NCBI GenBank assembly: GCA_031285725.1
Contig: JAITVP010000056.1
Location: forward strand, 1-37,557
Origin: Bacteroidales bacterium
GTDB taxonomy: Bacteria; Bacteroidota; Bacteroidia; Bacteroidales; WCHB1-69
Length of the DNA: 37,557 nt
Reading direction: 5' to 3'
Under the pieces are notes generated by a model, which made no database searches, had not been told where the DNA came from, and saw nothing but the letters and a program-made list of their open reading frames with translations. This document shows, piece after piece, positions 18,501 through 27,685 of this stretch. The position numbers and the translations under genes are program-made. Positions within the stretch are counted from its first letter, which is position 1. The number at the start of each line of letters is the position of its first letter.

Positions 18501-19305
18501 ACAAGCATATCCGAGCACGTACTATTCGTATGCCAATATGGACTTCGGTACTGTGCAGGGTTTATCTTTAAGCTATGTCATGAGAGAGATAAAAAACATT
18601 TCATTGCGCGCAGGCTATACTCTCCAGTTTGCTAAAGGTACCGGTTCGACCGCTGGTTCCAACTTGGCGATCATCCAATCCGGTCAGCCTAACTTGAGAA
18701 CTCTGACTAATTTGGAATTTGACCAACGGCACAGATTGAACATGAGCGTGTCTTACACGTCACCGTCAGGGCAAGAATACGACGGACCCAAAAGCGTGAA
18801 GAAATTGAGCGACTCGACCAAAAAGGAAATCAGATGGTTCGAAGGTTTTGGCGTATCCTTGGTGTTCTCTGCGGCTTCAGGATTGCCATATAGCAAATCC
18901 AGCGTGGCCTATTCCGGAATTGTCAGCGGCCTGGGATCCTCTCGCCTCTCCGGAACCATCAATGGTTCACACAGACCTTGGACATACCAATGCGACTTGC
19001 GGATCGACAGAACCTTTAAATTGGGTGGAAAAACCAAAGACGACGGTAAAAAAAGAAAAACCACCGACTTGATGGTGTATGTTGATGTGACCAATCTCTT
19101 TAACTTCAAAAATGTGTTGTCGGTATATACATATACTGGAAATGCCGATGATGACGGTTATTTGACTGCATCCGAATACGAACAACAAATCAAATCACAA
19201 CTTTCCGTGGAATCTTACAAATGGTATTATGGAATGAGAGTTAAAAATCCTTACAATTACAGCGCACCAACGAGAGTTAGTTTAGGTTTCATGTTTTTAT
19301 TTTAA
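15562..19305 (+). CDS. TonB-dependent receptor-like outer-membrane protein with N-terminal carboxypeptidase-regulatory-like domain
   Basis: Signal peptide; KGVISD..TDGNGAYQF..GTYDV domain; TonB-box-like LQSVTIT; plug VRGNRSD..IDGVRV..GGIPAEYGD; barrel motifs YLQD, GVRIDRFD, PRLSFSFP, NPNLK; C-terminal Phe. Confidence 0.88.
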   Translation: MAMIKKLLLSIGVFLCCIGFVYPQAMIKGVISDNEGNALGIAQGQVFLIQEGVTIRDVFTDGNGAYQFPNLQSGTYDVRAVHLVSGKDQTVAGIRVNPDAIVTEDIKINLSSDATVLQSVTITHRAPIIDPNSTVAATTIDGKQLQKSPGRDLTKALASADGVSSVDGDIKSVRGNRSDGQVVIIDGVRVRGSASVAMQSMDAAQLIQGGIPAEYGDGTSFQVYSTRGVPKNFASSVEFRGSVDGYNNFLGAVSVSGPIVRSDSNKKARIGFMLSGEGYFNQDNRPMRGGTWRATDETIQSLRETPLQYSLTDLGASSSPANYLLEDAFEKKRVRQNAENWGYIVQGKIDIQPIKSTDVVKANSLRLSLNGSYDYGKGKNWSLANSMFNVANNSVYDNSTLRLFARVNHMVVNSTDEKKLLKNLTYDINVSYTKYNYSTYDNNFKDNLFAYGHIGKFTTSLMDRYQLSSFTDTNGIEYDDVWVMNRRNDPYFVAFTPGEYNPDLAQYNRMLLDNFGPETVEEYFGIPYNKVAYQQFGGLLNGESPSTLYSMYYLPGIRSSGYQKSEITAWGAKASLSMNLGNHEIKLGFEFDRPTERGYSISAAPLWTLMRGLVNTHFAELDFANYSFVGEDSISFGLQNNLDAQSTFDRKLREKLGYDPNGTDWIDVDNLDPSTFDVSMLSAEDLLVGTTATGGSMIQYYGYDYTGKNKYNKKTDITDFFNAKDANGQRTYNIGAYEPVYMAMYLQDRFSIRTLVFNVGVRIDRFDANQSVLRDPYLFRPAHTVGSIKEDFDVSSNLFVANAQDDWVVYVNQRDEMLNLDESNIVGYRSGDTWYDANGQEVTDPDALLGANGGPALVSAIDNTLISKVDEKAFMDYETQWSIMPRLSFSFPVSTKSRFTAHYNIITSRPTNLRLEPISYLFVEKYGKNQNNVINNPNLKSQKSIDYEVGFAQALGDNAAINITAYYSEKRNMIQSYRYTQAYPSTYYSYANMDFGTVQGLSLSYVMREIKNISLRAGYTLQFAKGTGSTAGSNLAIIQSGQPNLRTLTNLEFDQRHRLNMSVSYTSPSGQEYDGPKSVKKLSDSTKKEIRWFEGFGVSLVFSAASGLPYSKSSVAYSGIVSGLGSSRLSGTINGSHRPWTYQCDLRIDRTFKLGGKTKDDGKKRKTTDLMVYVDVTNLFNFKNVLSVYTYTGNADDDGYLTASEYEQQIKSQLSVESYKWYYGMRVKNPYNYSAPTRVSLGFMFLF

Positions 19306-19325
19306 TCAAGGAAAAACAAAAAGAT

Positions 19326-22300
19326 ATGAGAAATATAAGTAAAATAGTTTTTTTAGTGGTCACACTTGCAGTTTTTGGTATTAGCCAACTGCATGCTGAA
19401 AAAAGTAGATATGTGATCCCCAAGGCGGCTCAACCGCGTTCAATCGGAACCTGTTTGCCTGCCTCAAACTCCAATGAATTAACAATTAATAACGTTAGAG
19501 CCTATTTGGAGACCAACGGTACCATGTGGTTTATCGAGACCGCGGAATATGAAGTTCCGAAAGGCTCCGGAAAGACCTCCATGTTCTGTGCAGCGTTGTG
19601 GATCGGTGGACGCGATGTGAACCAACAGTTGAAATTGGCTGCGGTTCGTTTCCGCCAAAACGGGGATGACTTTTGGACTGGTCCGCTCTCTACCATAGAC
19701 GCTACGATTTCACAACAAACCTGTATCGAATACGACAGATTCTTTAAGATCACCCGGGCTGAAGTGGAAGCGCATATCGCCAACTGGGAACGCCCTGATT
19801 ATACCATGCCGTCGATTATTCGGAATTGGCCGGCTCATGGTGACGTGTCTTTAGGACAATCTATGTTCTTGGCACCTTACTTTGATGGAAATGGGAATAA
19901 AAAATATGAGCCGGATCTCGGAGATTATCCTTATTACGATTTGGAAAACGAATTGTGTCCGTGGACAGCGGAGAATAAAGAGCTGGCTATTGCCGGACAA
20001 CTCCCCAAAACTCCCGAAGAATCAGCAGGAATTTCAACAGGGATGGTCTATGCCGATCATGTGTTGAAAGGGGATGAAACATTATTCTGGGTATTTAACG
20101 ACAAGGGTAACACACATACCGAAACCGGCGGTGAACCCATCGGATTGGAAATCCGCGGACAGGCGTTCGCTTTCGCTACCAATGACGAGCTGAACAACAT
20201 GACGTTCTATTCTTACGAGATCATCAACCGTTCCACGTATGAATTAACTAATACCTATTTTTCCCAATGGGTTGACCCTGATTTAGGATATTCGAAAGAT
20301 GATTATGTGGGTTGCGATGTTAGCAGGGGATTAGGGTATTGCTTCAACGGAAAAGATGTTGACGGACAAGGGGAAATCTTTGCCTATGGTTCACAGCCTC
20401 CGGCAGTTGGCGTGGACTTCTTTCAAGGACCTTACATTGATCCCGAACCCGAAAACATGTACGACAGACCGAAATTTAACATCGACTCCGTGTCTTATCC
20501 GGGATATTGTGAAAAATATGTGAATCATGAATATAATCAAATGTCAATCAATGGGGTGAACTTCGGCGATGGTATTCCCAACAATGAACGTTTTGGGATG
20601 AGACGTTTCGTGTATCACAACAATGACAATTCCGTTGTGGGGGATCCAAGTGTGGCTTATGAATACTACAATATGTTGCAAGCTATTTGGAAAGATAATA
20701 CGAGAATGCGTTACGGAGCAAACGGCCATCCGAGTAATGGAGCTAATGGCCCTGAGTGTGATTTCATGTTTCCGGGATTGACCGACCCATGTAACTGGGG
20801 AACGAAAGGGATTGACCCTAATCCCTTACAATACAGTGAAGATGGTTGGACCGAACCCGGTGTGGGCAATGCGCCGGAAGACCGGCGTTTCATGCAGTCC
20901 GCAGGACCTTTCACTTTGAAAGCCGGAGCGGTTAACTATATCACCGTGGGTATTCCATGGGCAAGAGCTTCCTCCGGTGGTGCTTGGGCATCTGTGGAAT
21001 TGCTGAAAACAGCCGACGACAAATGCCAAGCGTTGTTTGAAAACTGCTTCAAAGTACTTGACGGTCCCGATGCACCGGATGTGACCGTTCGCGAATTGGA
21101 AAATCAATTGATTCTTTACCTAAGCAATGATGATCCGTTAAGCAATAACCACAATGAAGGGTATAATGAAAATGACAATCAAATTCTGGCAGAACGGGAA
21201 ATCATTACAGAAGTGGAAATTCAAGATACCAACTGGATTACAGTGGGTGCGGTTGACACTTTTATAGTTGAAACCAAAACGGTGAAACAAATCACAACGG
21301 TAGACAATGATAGAACATACCGTTTCGAAGGGTATCAGATCTATCAATTGAAAAACAAAGACGTGAGCGTGACCGATTTGAACAACGCCGACTTGGCGCG
21401 TTTGGTTCGTCAATGTGACATTGAAAATTATAAAGAAAATGGTTCGGGTATCGCTCGATTGGTGAATTGGACTTACGATGATGTCGCAGGTACTTCCGTG
21501 GCGAAACCCATGGTGGATGGTGCGAATGCGGGCATTTCCCACTCGTTTCCTATTACCGAGGATGCGTTTGCTACAGGTAGTAATAGGATTTTGGTAAATC
21601 ATAAAGTGTATTATTTTATGGTGATCGCTTATGCTCACAATGAATATTTTCCTTTTTCCTTGGATAATGGTGCTGAAGGATTGACTGGACAAAAAACTCC
21701 TTATCTGGCAGGTAGAAAGAATATCAAAGTCTATTCGGGCATTCCCCATTCACCCGCTCCGCAATCGGAAGGAACAATTCTGAACGCTCAATATGGCACC
21801 CAACCCATGATCACCCGGATCGAAGGGCAGGGGAACGGTGGATTTTTCCTGGATTTGGTTGATGAAGATCGTGAAAAAATCTTGAAAGAAAATACAGTTC
21901 AACAGATCACCTATAAAAACAACTATGGCCCGTTGAACATTAAAGTGATTGACCCGTTGCAAGTGAAACCGTTCGACTATGAAATCAAATTCGTAGAATT
22001 AGGCGCAAAGGATGTTACTGACTCAACCTATTGGGTGATGACAATTGTGAACGCTACAGATGAAGAGATCATTGCCGCAGGTGCTTATACCGAGGATGCA
22101 CATGGAGTTAAAACAGCTATCAGGGAATATAGATCCGCTGTGCCGATCTCTCAGAAAAACGAGCAGTTGATTCTTAGCTTAGGTATCTCCATCTCTATTT
22201 TGGATTACGGTTTTCAAGTTCACCAGAGCGAAATTGCAGATTGGGTGAACAACAATTCCTCATGGACCTATGCGAACAAAGCAAGATATGCGCAAGTGGA

Positions 22301-24050
22301 CTTTTTAGGAAGTTCAATCACTTATGCGGATGAATCCAAACCGTGGTTTGCCGGTGTGCCGGATAGCGAAGGGAACAATCAAAGCAACTGGATTCGCTCG
22401 GGACTGCAAACCGCTGGTGCTTGGCAAGCTCTTAGCAGTGCGGATCAAGGAGTGAAGGATGTCTATTCTCAATGGAAAACAGAAGATATATTCATGGTGG
22501 TGAAAGACACCAATTTGAATGCCGGTGGATGGGAATCCCGCGTGTGGAAAGATCCGGAAGGACAATTCGAAGGCGTGCTCGGTGGCACGTGGGCACCCTA
22601 TGTGTTGTCTTCCCCTTACGATGGTGGGCCTCAAGCAAAATACATTAATCCGGAAACCGATGGTGTTACGGAACCCACGCCCGCTTATTTTAATTTTAAA
22701 GACCCTTCTTCGTTTGCAGTGGGTGGCCCCGGATACAATCAAACCATGACCAATTTATATTCCGTGGACATCGTGTTAACCTCCGACAAGGATAAATGGA
22801 CACGTTGTGTCGTGTTGGAAGCGTGCGAAGACAGGACGTTGTCTGAAGGCGGCGCATTGAAACACGAACCGAGAAAAGCCCCCTCTGTGGACAAATACGG
22901 CAACACGGATATCAATAATCCTGTGGCAAGCAATGATCCGAATTCTCCAAACTACATCAGCGCTACCGGAATGGGTTGGTTCCCCGGTTATGCGGTGAAT
23001 GTGGAAACCGGTGAAAGACTAAACCTTATGTTCTCTGAAAATTCTTCCGATGGGGATAATAAAGGTAATGATATGTTGTTTAACCCCACCGGTATTTATG
23101 GTTATTTCATTGGACAGTGGAATGGAAACGATACTGTTATGCCGTTAAACCAAGTGTCATTCAATAGCCTTTATCCACCTCCGGTTAATGCTAACTATGA
23201 GCTGAAGTTGGCGTGGGGTGGAATGCACTTTGTTTTCGTTTGCAACAGTGCCGGAAACACAGCCTCTACCTACTACAAGGTCGCAAGTGCGAACAAGGAA
23301 CGCAACTATAACGATAATAACTTGACAACTTATAGCCAAGGGTATACTCATGGCGGAACGATAGCAGATGGTAAATCTTACTATGAGTGCGGTCCTTATG
23401 ACCAAGGTCAATGGTTGTTGGCGAAGTTCAATACTTTCGTTGGCGAAGGAACAGGCACAGCGAAGGTGCAAATGCAAAAAATGCAATTGTTTAACAATGT
23501 GATGTGGACTAGCATCGCCATGCCGGCGTCTGGACAGGAAGACAATTGGCTTTCCAATAATGCGATACTGAAATTGCGCGTTTCCCGTCCTTACATGAGA
23601 TACTCTTCTCGCTGGTTTGACGATCCGAATCAATCCGGTGCGGCGGGCAGCAATTCCGGATACCCGATGTACAGTTTCACCACGAGAAACATTGCGCCGA
23701 CAACACAAGCTACCTCGCAACACGATCAAATCTTGGAAGACATTAATATTGTTCCCAATCCTTACTACGGATTCTCCACCTATGAATCCACAGCATTGGA
23801 AACTTACGTGAAAATTGTTAATCTCCCCGAAAAATGTACCATCTCGATCTTCACGGTCAATGGACTTTTGGTGAGGAAAATCACCAAAGGGGATGAGGGA
23901 ACGACTCACGTTGCTTGGAATTTGAAGAACAACGCAAATGTGCCTATCGCCAGTGGTATGTATATTATCCATGTTAATGCTCCAGGAATTGGGGAACGGA
24001 CGTTGAAGTTCTTCTGTGCGATGAGACCCACCGACTTAAATGCGTTTTAA
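19326..24050 (+). CDS. Large secreted protein with T9SS C-terminal-domain-like tail
   Basis: Signal peptide; conserved-looking blocks (INNVRA, YEVPKGSGK, DPDLG..DDYVGCD, GVDFFQGP, DRRFMQSAGPF); Fn3-like PDAP..FEGYQIY..YYFMVIAY; tail VPNPY..NLP..CTISIFTVNG.LVR..WNLKN..IASGMYIIHV. Confidence 0.85.
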   Translation: MRNISKIVFLVVTLAVFGISQLHAEKSRYVIPKAAQPRSIGTCLPASNSNELTINNVRAYLETNGTMWFIETAEYEVPKGSGKTSMFCAALWIGGRDVNQQLKLAAVRFRQNGDDFWTGPLSTIDATISQQTCIEYDRFFKITRAEVEAHIANWERPDYTMPSIIRNWPAHGDVSLGQSMFLAPYFDGNGNKKYEPDLGDYPYYDLENELCPWTAENKELAIAGQLPKTPEESAGISTGMVYADHVLKGDETLFWVFNDKGNTHTETGGEPIGLEIRGQAFAFATNDELNNMTFYSYEIINRSTYELTNTYFSQWVDPDLGYSKDDYVGCDVSRGLGYCFNGKDVDGQGEIFAYGSQPPAVGVDFFQGPYIDPEPENMYDRPKFNIDSVSYPGYCEKYVNHEYNQMSINGVNFGDGIPNNERFGMRRFVYHNNDNSVVGDPSVAYEYYNMLQAIWKDNTRMRYGANGHPSNGANGPECDFMFPGLTDPCNWGTKGIDPNPLQYSEDGWTEPGVGNAPEDRRFMQSAGPFTLKAGAVNYITVGIPWARASSGGAWASVELLKTADDKCQALFENCFKVLDGPDAPDVTVRELENQLILYLSNDDPLSNNHNEGYNENDNQILAEREIITEVEIQDTNWITVGAVDTFIVETKTVKQITTVDNDRTYRFEGYQIYQLKNKDVSVTDLNNADLARLVRQCDIENYKENGSGIARLVNWTYDDVAGTSVAKPMVDGANAGISHSFPITEDAFATGSNRILVNHKVYYFMVIAYAHNEYFPFSLDNGAEGLTGQKTPYLAGRKNIKVYSGIPHSPAPQSEGTILNAQYGTQPMITRIEGQGNGGFFLDLVDEDREKILKENTVQQITYKNNYGPLNIKVIDPLQVKPFDYEIKFVELGAKDVTDSTYWVMTIVNATDEEIIAAGAYTEDAHGVKTAIREYRSAVPISQKNEQLILSLGISISILDYGFQVHQSEIADWVNNNSSWTYANKARYAQVDFLGSSITYADESKPWFAGVPDSEGNNQSNWIRSGLQTAGAWQALSSADQGVKDVYSQWKTEDIFMVVKDTNLNAGGWESRVWKDPEGQFEGVLGGTWAPYVLSSPYDGGPQAKYINPETDGVTEPTPAYFNFKDPSSFAVGGPGYNQTMTNLYSVDIVLTSDKDKWTRCVVLEACEDRTLSEGGALKHEPRKAPSVDKYGNTDINNPVASNDPNSPNYISATGMGWFPGYAVNVETGERLNLMFSENSSDGDNKGNDMLFNPTGIYGYFIGQWNGNDTVMPLNQVSFNSLYPPPVNANYELKLAWGGMHFVFVCNSAGNTASTYYKVASANKERNYNDNNLTTYSQGYTHGGTIADGKSYYECGPYDQGQWLLAKFNTFVGEGTGTAKVQMQKMQLFNNVMWTSIAMPASGQEDNWLSNNAILKLRVSRPYMRYSSRWFDDPNQSGAAGSNSGYPMYSFTTRNIAPTTQATSQHDQILEDINIVPNPYYGFSTYESTALETYVKIVNLPEKCTISIFTVNGLLVRKITKGDEGTTHVAWNLKNNANVPIASGMYIIHVNAPGIGERTLKFFCAMRPTDLNAF

Positions 24051-24086
24051 CATTATTAATCAGAGAAATTTTAATATTAAGAAATT

Positions 24087-25283
24087 ATGAATAATACATA
24101 TAGAACATTAATAATCGTTGCCTTGGTAAGTTTCTTTGCCGCATCCACTTCCGTTTTTGCGGGGAACAGGGACCGTGCGGGGCAGGCAGGCGCACAGCAT
24201 TTGCTTATCGACCCTTGGGCAAGATCTAACGGCTGGGGATCCGCCGGTGTTTCAGAAATTACCGGTTTGGAATCCATTTACACAAATATCGCCGGCATCG
24301 CGCGTGGACAAAACACGGAATTTGGATTCTCTCACACGCAATATCTTTCCGGTTCCGATGCTGGAATTAGCATCAACTCTTTCGGTGTGGTTCAGAGGTT
24401 GGCACGGAAAATCAAAGAAGGCGATCGCGTGAAAGAAACAAAAGAACTTGGTTATATCGGAGTATCTTTGTACACTATGAGTTTTGGGGATATTAAAAGA
24501 ACCACGGTAGATCAACCCGAAGGAAACATGGGTACATTTTCGCCCACGTTGAGCTACATTGGAATCCATTATGCCTATAAGTTTAACCGCTACATCAGTG
24601 CCGGTGCCAGCGTGAAAATCGTGACTGAGTCTATCGCTGACGTGAAAGCGGGCGGCGTTGCTATTGATGCGGGCGTGCAATACGTGGCTGGTTGGATGGA
24701 AAACTTCCGGATCGGCGTGGTGTTGAAAAATATCGGATTGCCGATCAGCTACAGCGGTGATGGTCTTTCTGTGAAAGGTTTTGTTTCCAATACGAATCAC
24801 GAAATTACAATGGAGCAACGTTCAGCGGAGGCTGAAATGCCCGTGCAGTTGACTATCGGTTTGTCGTATGACTTCTTGTTCTTTGGCGGAACCGCTTACG
24901 AAGGTCTCACAAGAGACGAGCGGAAAAAAAACGAAGCCGATTTGACCCGGAAAGACGCGTCTCACCGTTTGACGTTGGCCGGATCCTTCACTGCGAACTC
25001 CTATTCTCGCGACCAATTTGTATTGGGTCTTGAATACGGGATGGGTTACAAAGAAGGTATTGGCGACATCTTCCAATTGCGTGCGGGTTATACCCTTGAA
25101 GGCGGTATGTGGGATATCGAGGCAGCTGACACTTGGTATGCTGGTCCTTGTGCTGGCGCTTCTTTCGCTATTCCTTTGGCTAAGAAAAAACAAGGCGTTC
25201 AAAAAATATTGCTTGATTACGGGTATAGATTTACTAACAAATGGAAAGGTAATCATTATATTGGCATCAAAGTAGCCATTTAA
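24087..25283 (+). CDS. PorV/PorQ-family outer-membrane beta-barrel
   Basis: Signal peptide; AGAQHLLIDPWARSNGWG..NIAG N-terminal motif; SAGASVK, GVAIDAGVQY, GVVLKNIG, LRAGY and DYGY. Confidence 0.82.
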   Translation: MNNTYRTLIIVALVSFFAASTSVFAGNRDRAGQAGAQHLLIDPWARSNGWGSAGVSEITGLESIYTNIAGIARGQNTEFGFSHTQYLSGSDAGISINSFGVVQRLARKIKEGDRVKETKELGYIGVSLYTMSFGDIKRTTVDQPEGNMGTFSPTLSYIGIHYAYKFNRYISAGASVKIVTESIADVKAGGVAIDAGVQYVAGWMENFRIGVVLKNIGLPISYSGDGLSVKGFVSNTNHEITMEQRSAEAEMPVQLTIGLSYDFLFFGGTAYEGLTRDERKKNEADLTRKDASHRLTLAGSFTANSYSRDQFVLGLEYGMGYKEGIGDIFQLRAGYTLEGGMWDIEAADTWYAGPCAGASFAIPLAKKKQGVQKILLDYGYRFTNKWKGNHYIGIKVAI

Positions 25284-25307
25284 TAGTTAAATTTCCTTAT
25301 TCATCTT

Positions 25308-25348
25308 AAATTAAGGAGGCTTTTCCAAGCCTCTTTAATTTTTGTTTT
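25308..25348 (+). terminator. Rho-independent terminator closing the receptor/CTD/PorV operon
   Basis: AAATTAAGGAGGCTT-TTCC-AAGCCTCTTTAATTT stem (one G-U pair) followed by a T-rich run. Confidence 0.8.
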
Positions 25349-25367
25349 ATATTAAAAACCATTACAC

Positions 25368-25841
25368 ATGAGCACAATAAAATATTATTCACAAGATAGT
25401 CTGGACGCTTTGAAAAAGGAATTGAATGAATTGGAAACGATTGAACGTCCCAAAATATCGGCGGCGATTGCGGAAGCGCGAGACAAAGGCGACCTCTCCG
25501 AAAATGCCGAGTATGATGCGGCTAAGGAAGCCCAAGGTTTGTTGGAATTGAAAATCGTAAAACTGAAAAACCTCGTGGCCAATGCGAGATTGCTGGACGA
25601 GTCCAAATTGGATACCTCCAAAGTCTTGATCTATTCCATCGTAAAAATTAAAAACTTGGGCAATAATGCCATGATGACTTACACGCTGGTGCCGGAATCC
25701 GAAGCGGATTTGCGGTCAGGGAAAATATCGGTTACCTCGCCCATTGGAAAAACGCTGTTGGGCAATGCGGCTGGCAACACCATCACCGTGGATGCGCCGG
25801 CCGGAAAAATGCAGTTTGAAATCATTGAAATATCCCGTTAA
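25368..25841 (+). CDS. greA: Transcription elongation factor GreA
   Basis: ARDKGDLSENAEYDAAKE and ISVTSPIGK. Confidence 0.97.
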   Translation: MSTIKYYSQDSLDALKKELNELETIERPKISAAIAEARDKGDLSENAEYDAAKEAQGLLELKIVKLKNLVANARLLDESKLDTSKVLIYSIVKIKNLGNNAMMTYTLVPESEADLRSGKISVTSPIGKTLLGNAAGNTITVDAPAGKMQFEIIEISR

Positions 25842-25843
25842 TT

Positions 25844-26248
25844 ATGAGTACTCTATTTTCGAAAATTGTAAATGGCGAAATTCCTTCCTATAAAATTGCT
25901 GAAAATAATAGATTTTACTCTTTTTTGGACATCGCCCCGCTCACCAAAGGCCACGCCTTGGTAATTCCCAAAATCGAAGTGGATTACATTTTTGATTTGG
26001 AAGATAACCTGCTCGCTGAAATGACTGTTTTTGCGAAAAAAGTGGCGCTGGCCGTCGAGAAAAACGTAGAATGCCAGCGGATCGGTGTGGCGGTATTGGG
26101 AATAGAGGTCCCCCATGCCCACATCCATCTCATCCCGATTGTACGGGGTGACGAGATCAATTTCCAACAAGAGCGAATTAATTTGTCGAAAGATGAATTT
26201 TCCGAGTTGGCAAACAAAATTTTGAATACCTTTGAGCAAAATTTATAG
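25844..26248 (+). CDS. HIT family nucleotide hydrolase
   Basis: FSKIVNGEIP, FLDIAP..GHALVIPK and PHAHIHLIP histidine triad. Confidence 0.95.
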   Translation: MSTLFSKIVNGEIPSYKIAENNRFYSFLDIAPLTKGHALVIPKIEVDYIFDLEDNLLAEMTVFAKKVALAVEKNVECQRIGVAVLGIEVPHAHIHLIPIVRGDEINFQQERINLSKDEFSELANKILNTFEQNL

Positions 26249-26249
26249 T

Positions 26250-26774
26250 ATGAAGTCGATCAGCGAAAGTCCTATCACTACTTTGCAGATTATCAAACCT
26301 GATCTGATCAAAAAATATTATGAATTAAAATCCGGTGACGAGCTTTATGGTTCAGTGGAAGTCATGGACAATTCCGGAACCCTTGCTCGCATTGAGACCA
26401 CGCAGGGCGTTTTCACTGTGAAACGGGCCGGTTTTTTTAAACCTTACATCATCTTTCGAAAGGAAAAACACGCTGCCGACGAGATCATCGCATATCTCAA
26501 CATCGAAGACATTACCAAAATCGTGCTGGACAGCAATACCTACTATTTCCGGCTCGTCAATCTTTGGAAAAACCAATGGGGTTGGACGAACGAGAAAAAT
26601 CAGATTATTTTGCGTTATAAACCCACCATTGCCGGGTTGATCAAGGGTGATGTGGAAATATCCAAGGATTTCACATATCTCTCTTTTCTGGAAACTGTGA
26701 CCATTCTCGGCATCTATTTTTTAACACAATTGGAAGACGAAATCCTGCTACAGAATGAATTAACAGCTCAATAA
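26250..26774 (+). CDS. Hypothetical protein (beta-rich with C-terminal helix, possibly LURP/scramblase-like fold)
   Basis: Fills the gap between HIT and transketolase; ATG lies 1 nt after the HIT stop. The fold guess is from pattern only. Confidence 0.7.
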   Translation: MKSISESPITTLQIIKPDLIKKYYELKSGDELYGSVEVMDNSGTLARIETTQGVFTVKRAGFFKPYIIFRKEKHAADEIIAYLNIEDITKIVLDSNTYYFRLVNLWKNQWGWTNEKNQIILRYKPTIAGLIKGDVEISKDFTYLSFLETVTILGIYFLTQLEDEILLQNELTAQ

Positions 26775-26782
26775 TTTTTTAT

Positions 26783-27628
26783 ATGAAAAGCATTGCGGAA
26801 TTACAAGCTTTGGCGACTCAGGTGAGACGCGACATTTTACGAATGGTCTATCATGCGAAATCGGGACATCCGGGCGGCTCGCTGGGATGCACTGATTTCC
26901 TCGTGACGTTGTACACCAATATTATGAAAGCCGATCCCCAACATTTTACCGAAAAGGGTGAGGGAGAGGATATATTTTTCTTGTCTAACGGACATATTTC
27001 GCCGGTTTGGTACAGCGTGTTGGCCCGGACGGGATTTTTCCCGATCTCGGAACTGACGACCTTCCGTCAAGTGGGAAGTCGTCTGCAAGGCCATCCGACC
27101 AACCATTATCATCTGCCCGGTATCAGAATCGCATCAGGATCGTTGGGTCAAGGATTGTCCGTTGCCGTGGGTGCGGCCCTGGCGAAGAAGATGAACGATG
27201 ACAAACAGTTGGTGTACGTGCTCACTGGCGACGGCGAACTGGACGAAGGCCAGAACTGGGAAGCAATCCTGTTTGCTTCCGCCAATAAAGTGGATAACCT
27301 CATCACCGTGGTCGATTATAATAAAAAACAGATTGACGGTTCCACGGATGATGTTTGCTCGCTGGGTGATCTGAGAGCCAAATTCGAGGCGTTCGGCTGG
27401 GATGTGGTGGAGATGAACGGCAACGATATAGTGGATGTCATGGATAAAATGGACGTGGCGAAAAGCAAGCTGCATCGCCAAAAACCCGTGGTCGTCTTGA
27501 TGCACACCGAGATGAGCATGGGCGTGGATTTCATGATGGGCACGCACAAATGGCATGGCGTGGCTCCCAACGAAGAACAAATCAAAGTGGCCTTGGCACA
27601 ATTGCCGGAAACTATCGGAGACTATTAG
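26783..27628 (+). CDS. Transketolase, N-terminal (TPP-binding) subunit
   Basis: SGHPGGSL, LSNGH, RLQGHP, SGSLGQGLS, GDGELDEG and WHG; only 281 aa. Confidence 0.93.
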   Translation: MKSIAELQALATQVRRDILRMVYHAKSGHPGGSLGCTDFLVTLYTNIMKADPQHFTEKGEGEDIFFLSNGHISPVWYSVLARTGFFPISELTTFRQVGSRLQGHPTNHYHLPGIRIASGSLGQGLSVAVGAALAKKMNDDKQLVYVLTGDGELDEGQNWEAILFASANKVDNLITVVDYNKKQIDGSTDDVCSLGDLRAKFEAFGWDVVEMNGNDIVDVMDKMDVAKSKLHRQKPVVVLMHTEMSMGVDFMMGTHKWHGVAPNEEQIKVALAQLPETIGDY

Positions 27629-27685
27629 GTATTTTAAATTCGTGTTCCAAAGTCTGAAAATTGCTATTTTTACCCCTACCTCATT

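Noticed and set aside
23157-23972. 271-aa minus-strand ORF and other antisense ORFs within 15.5-25.3 kb
   Set aside because: Shadow frames of long, well-supported plus-strand genes.
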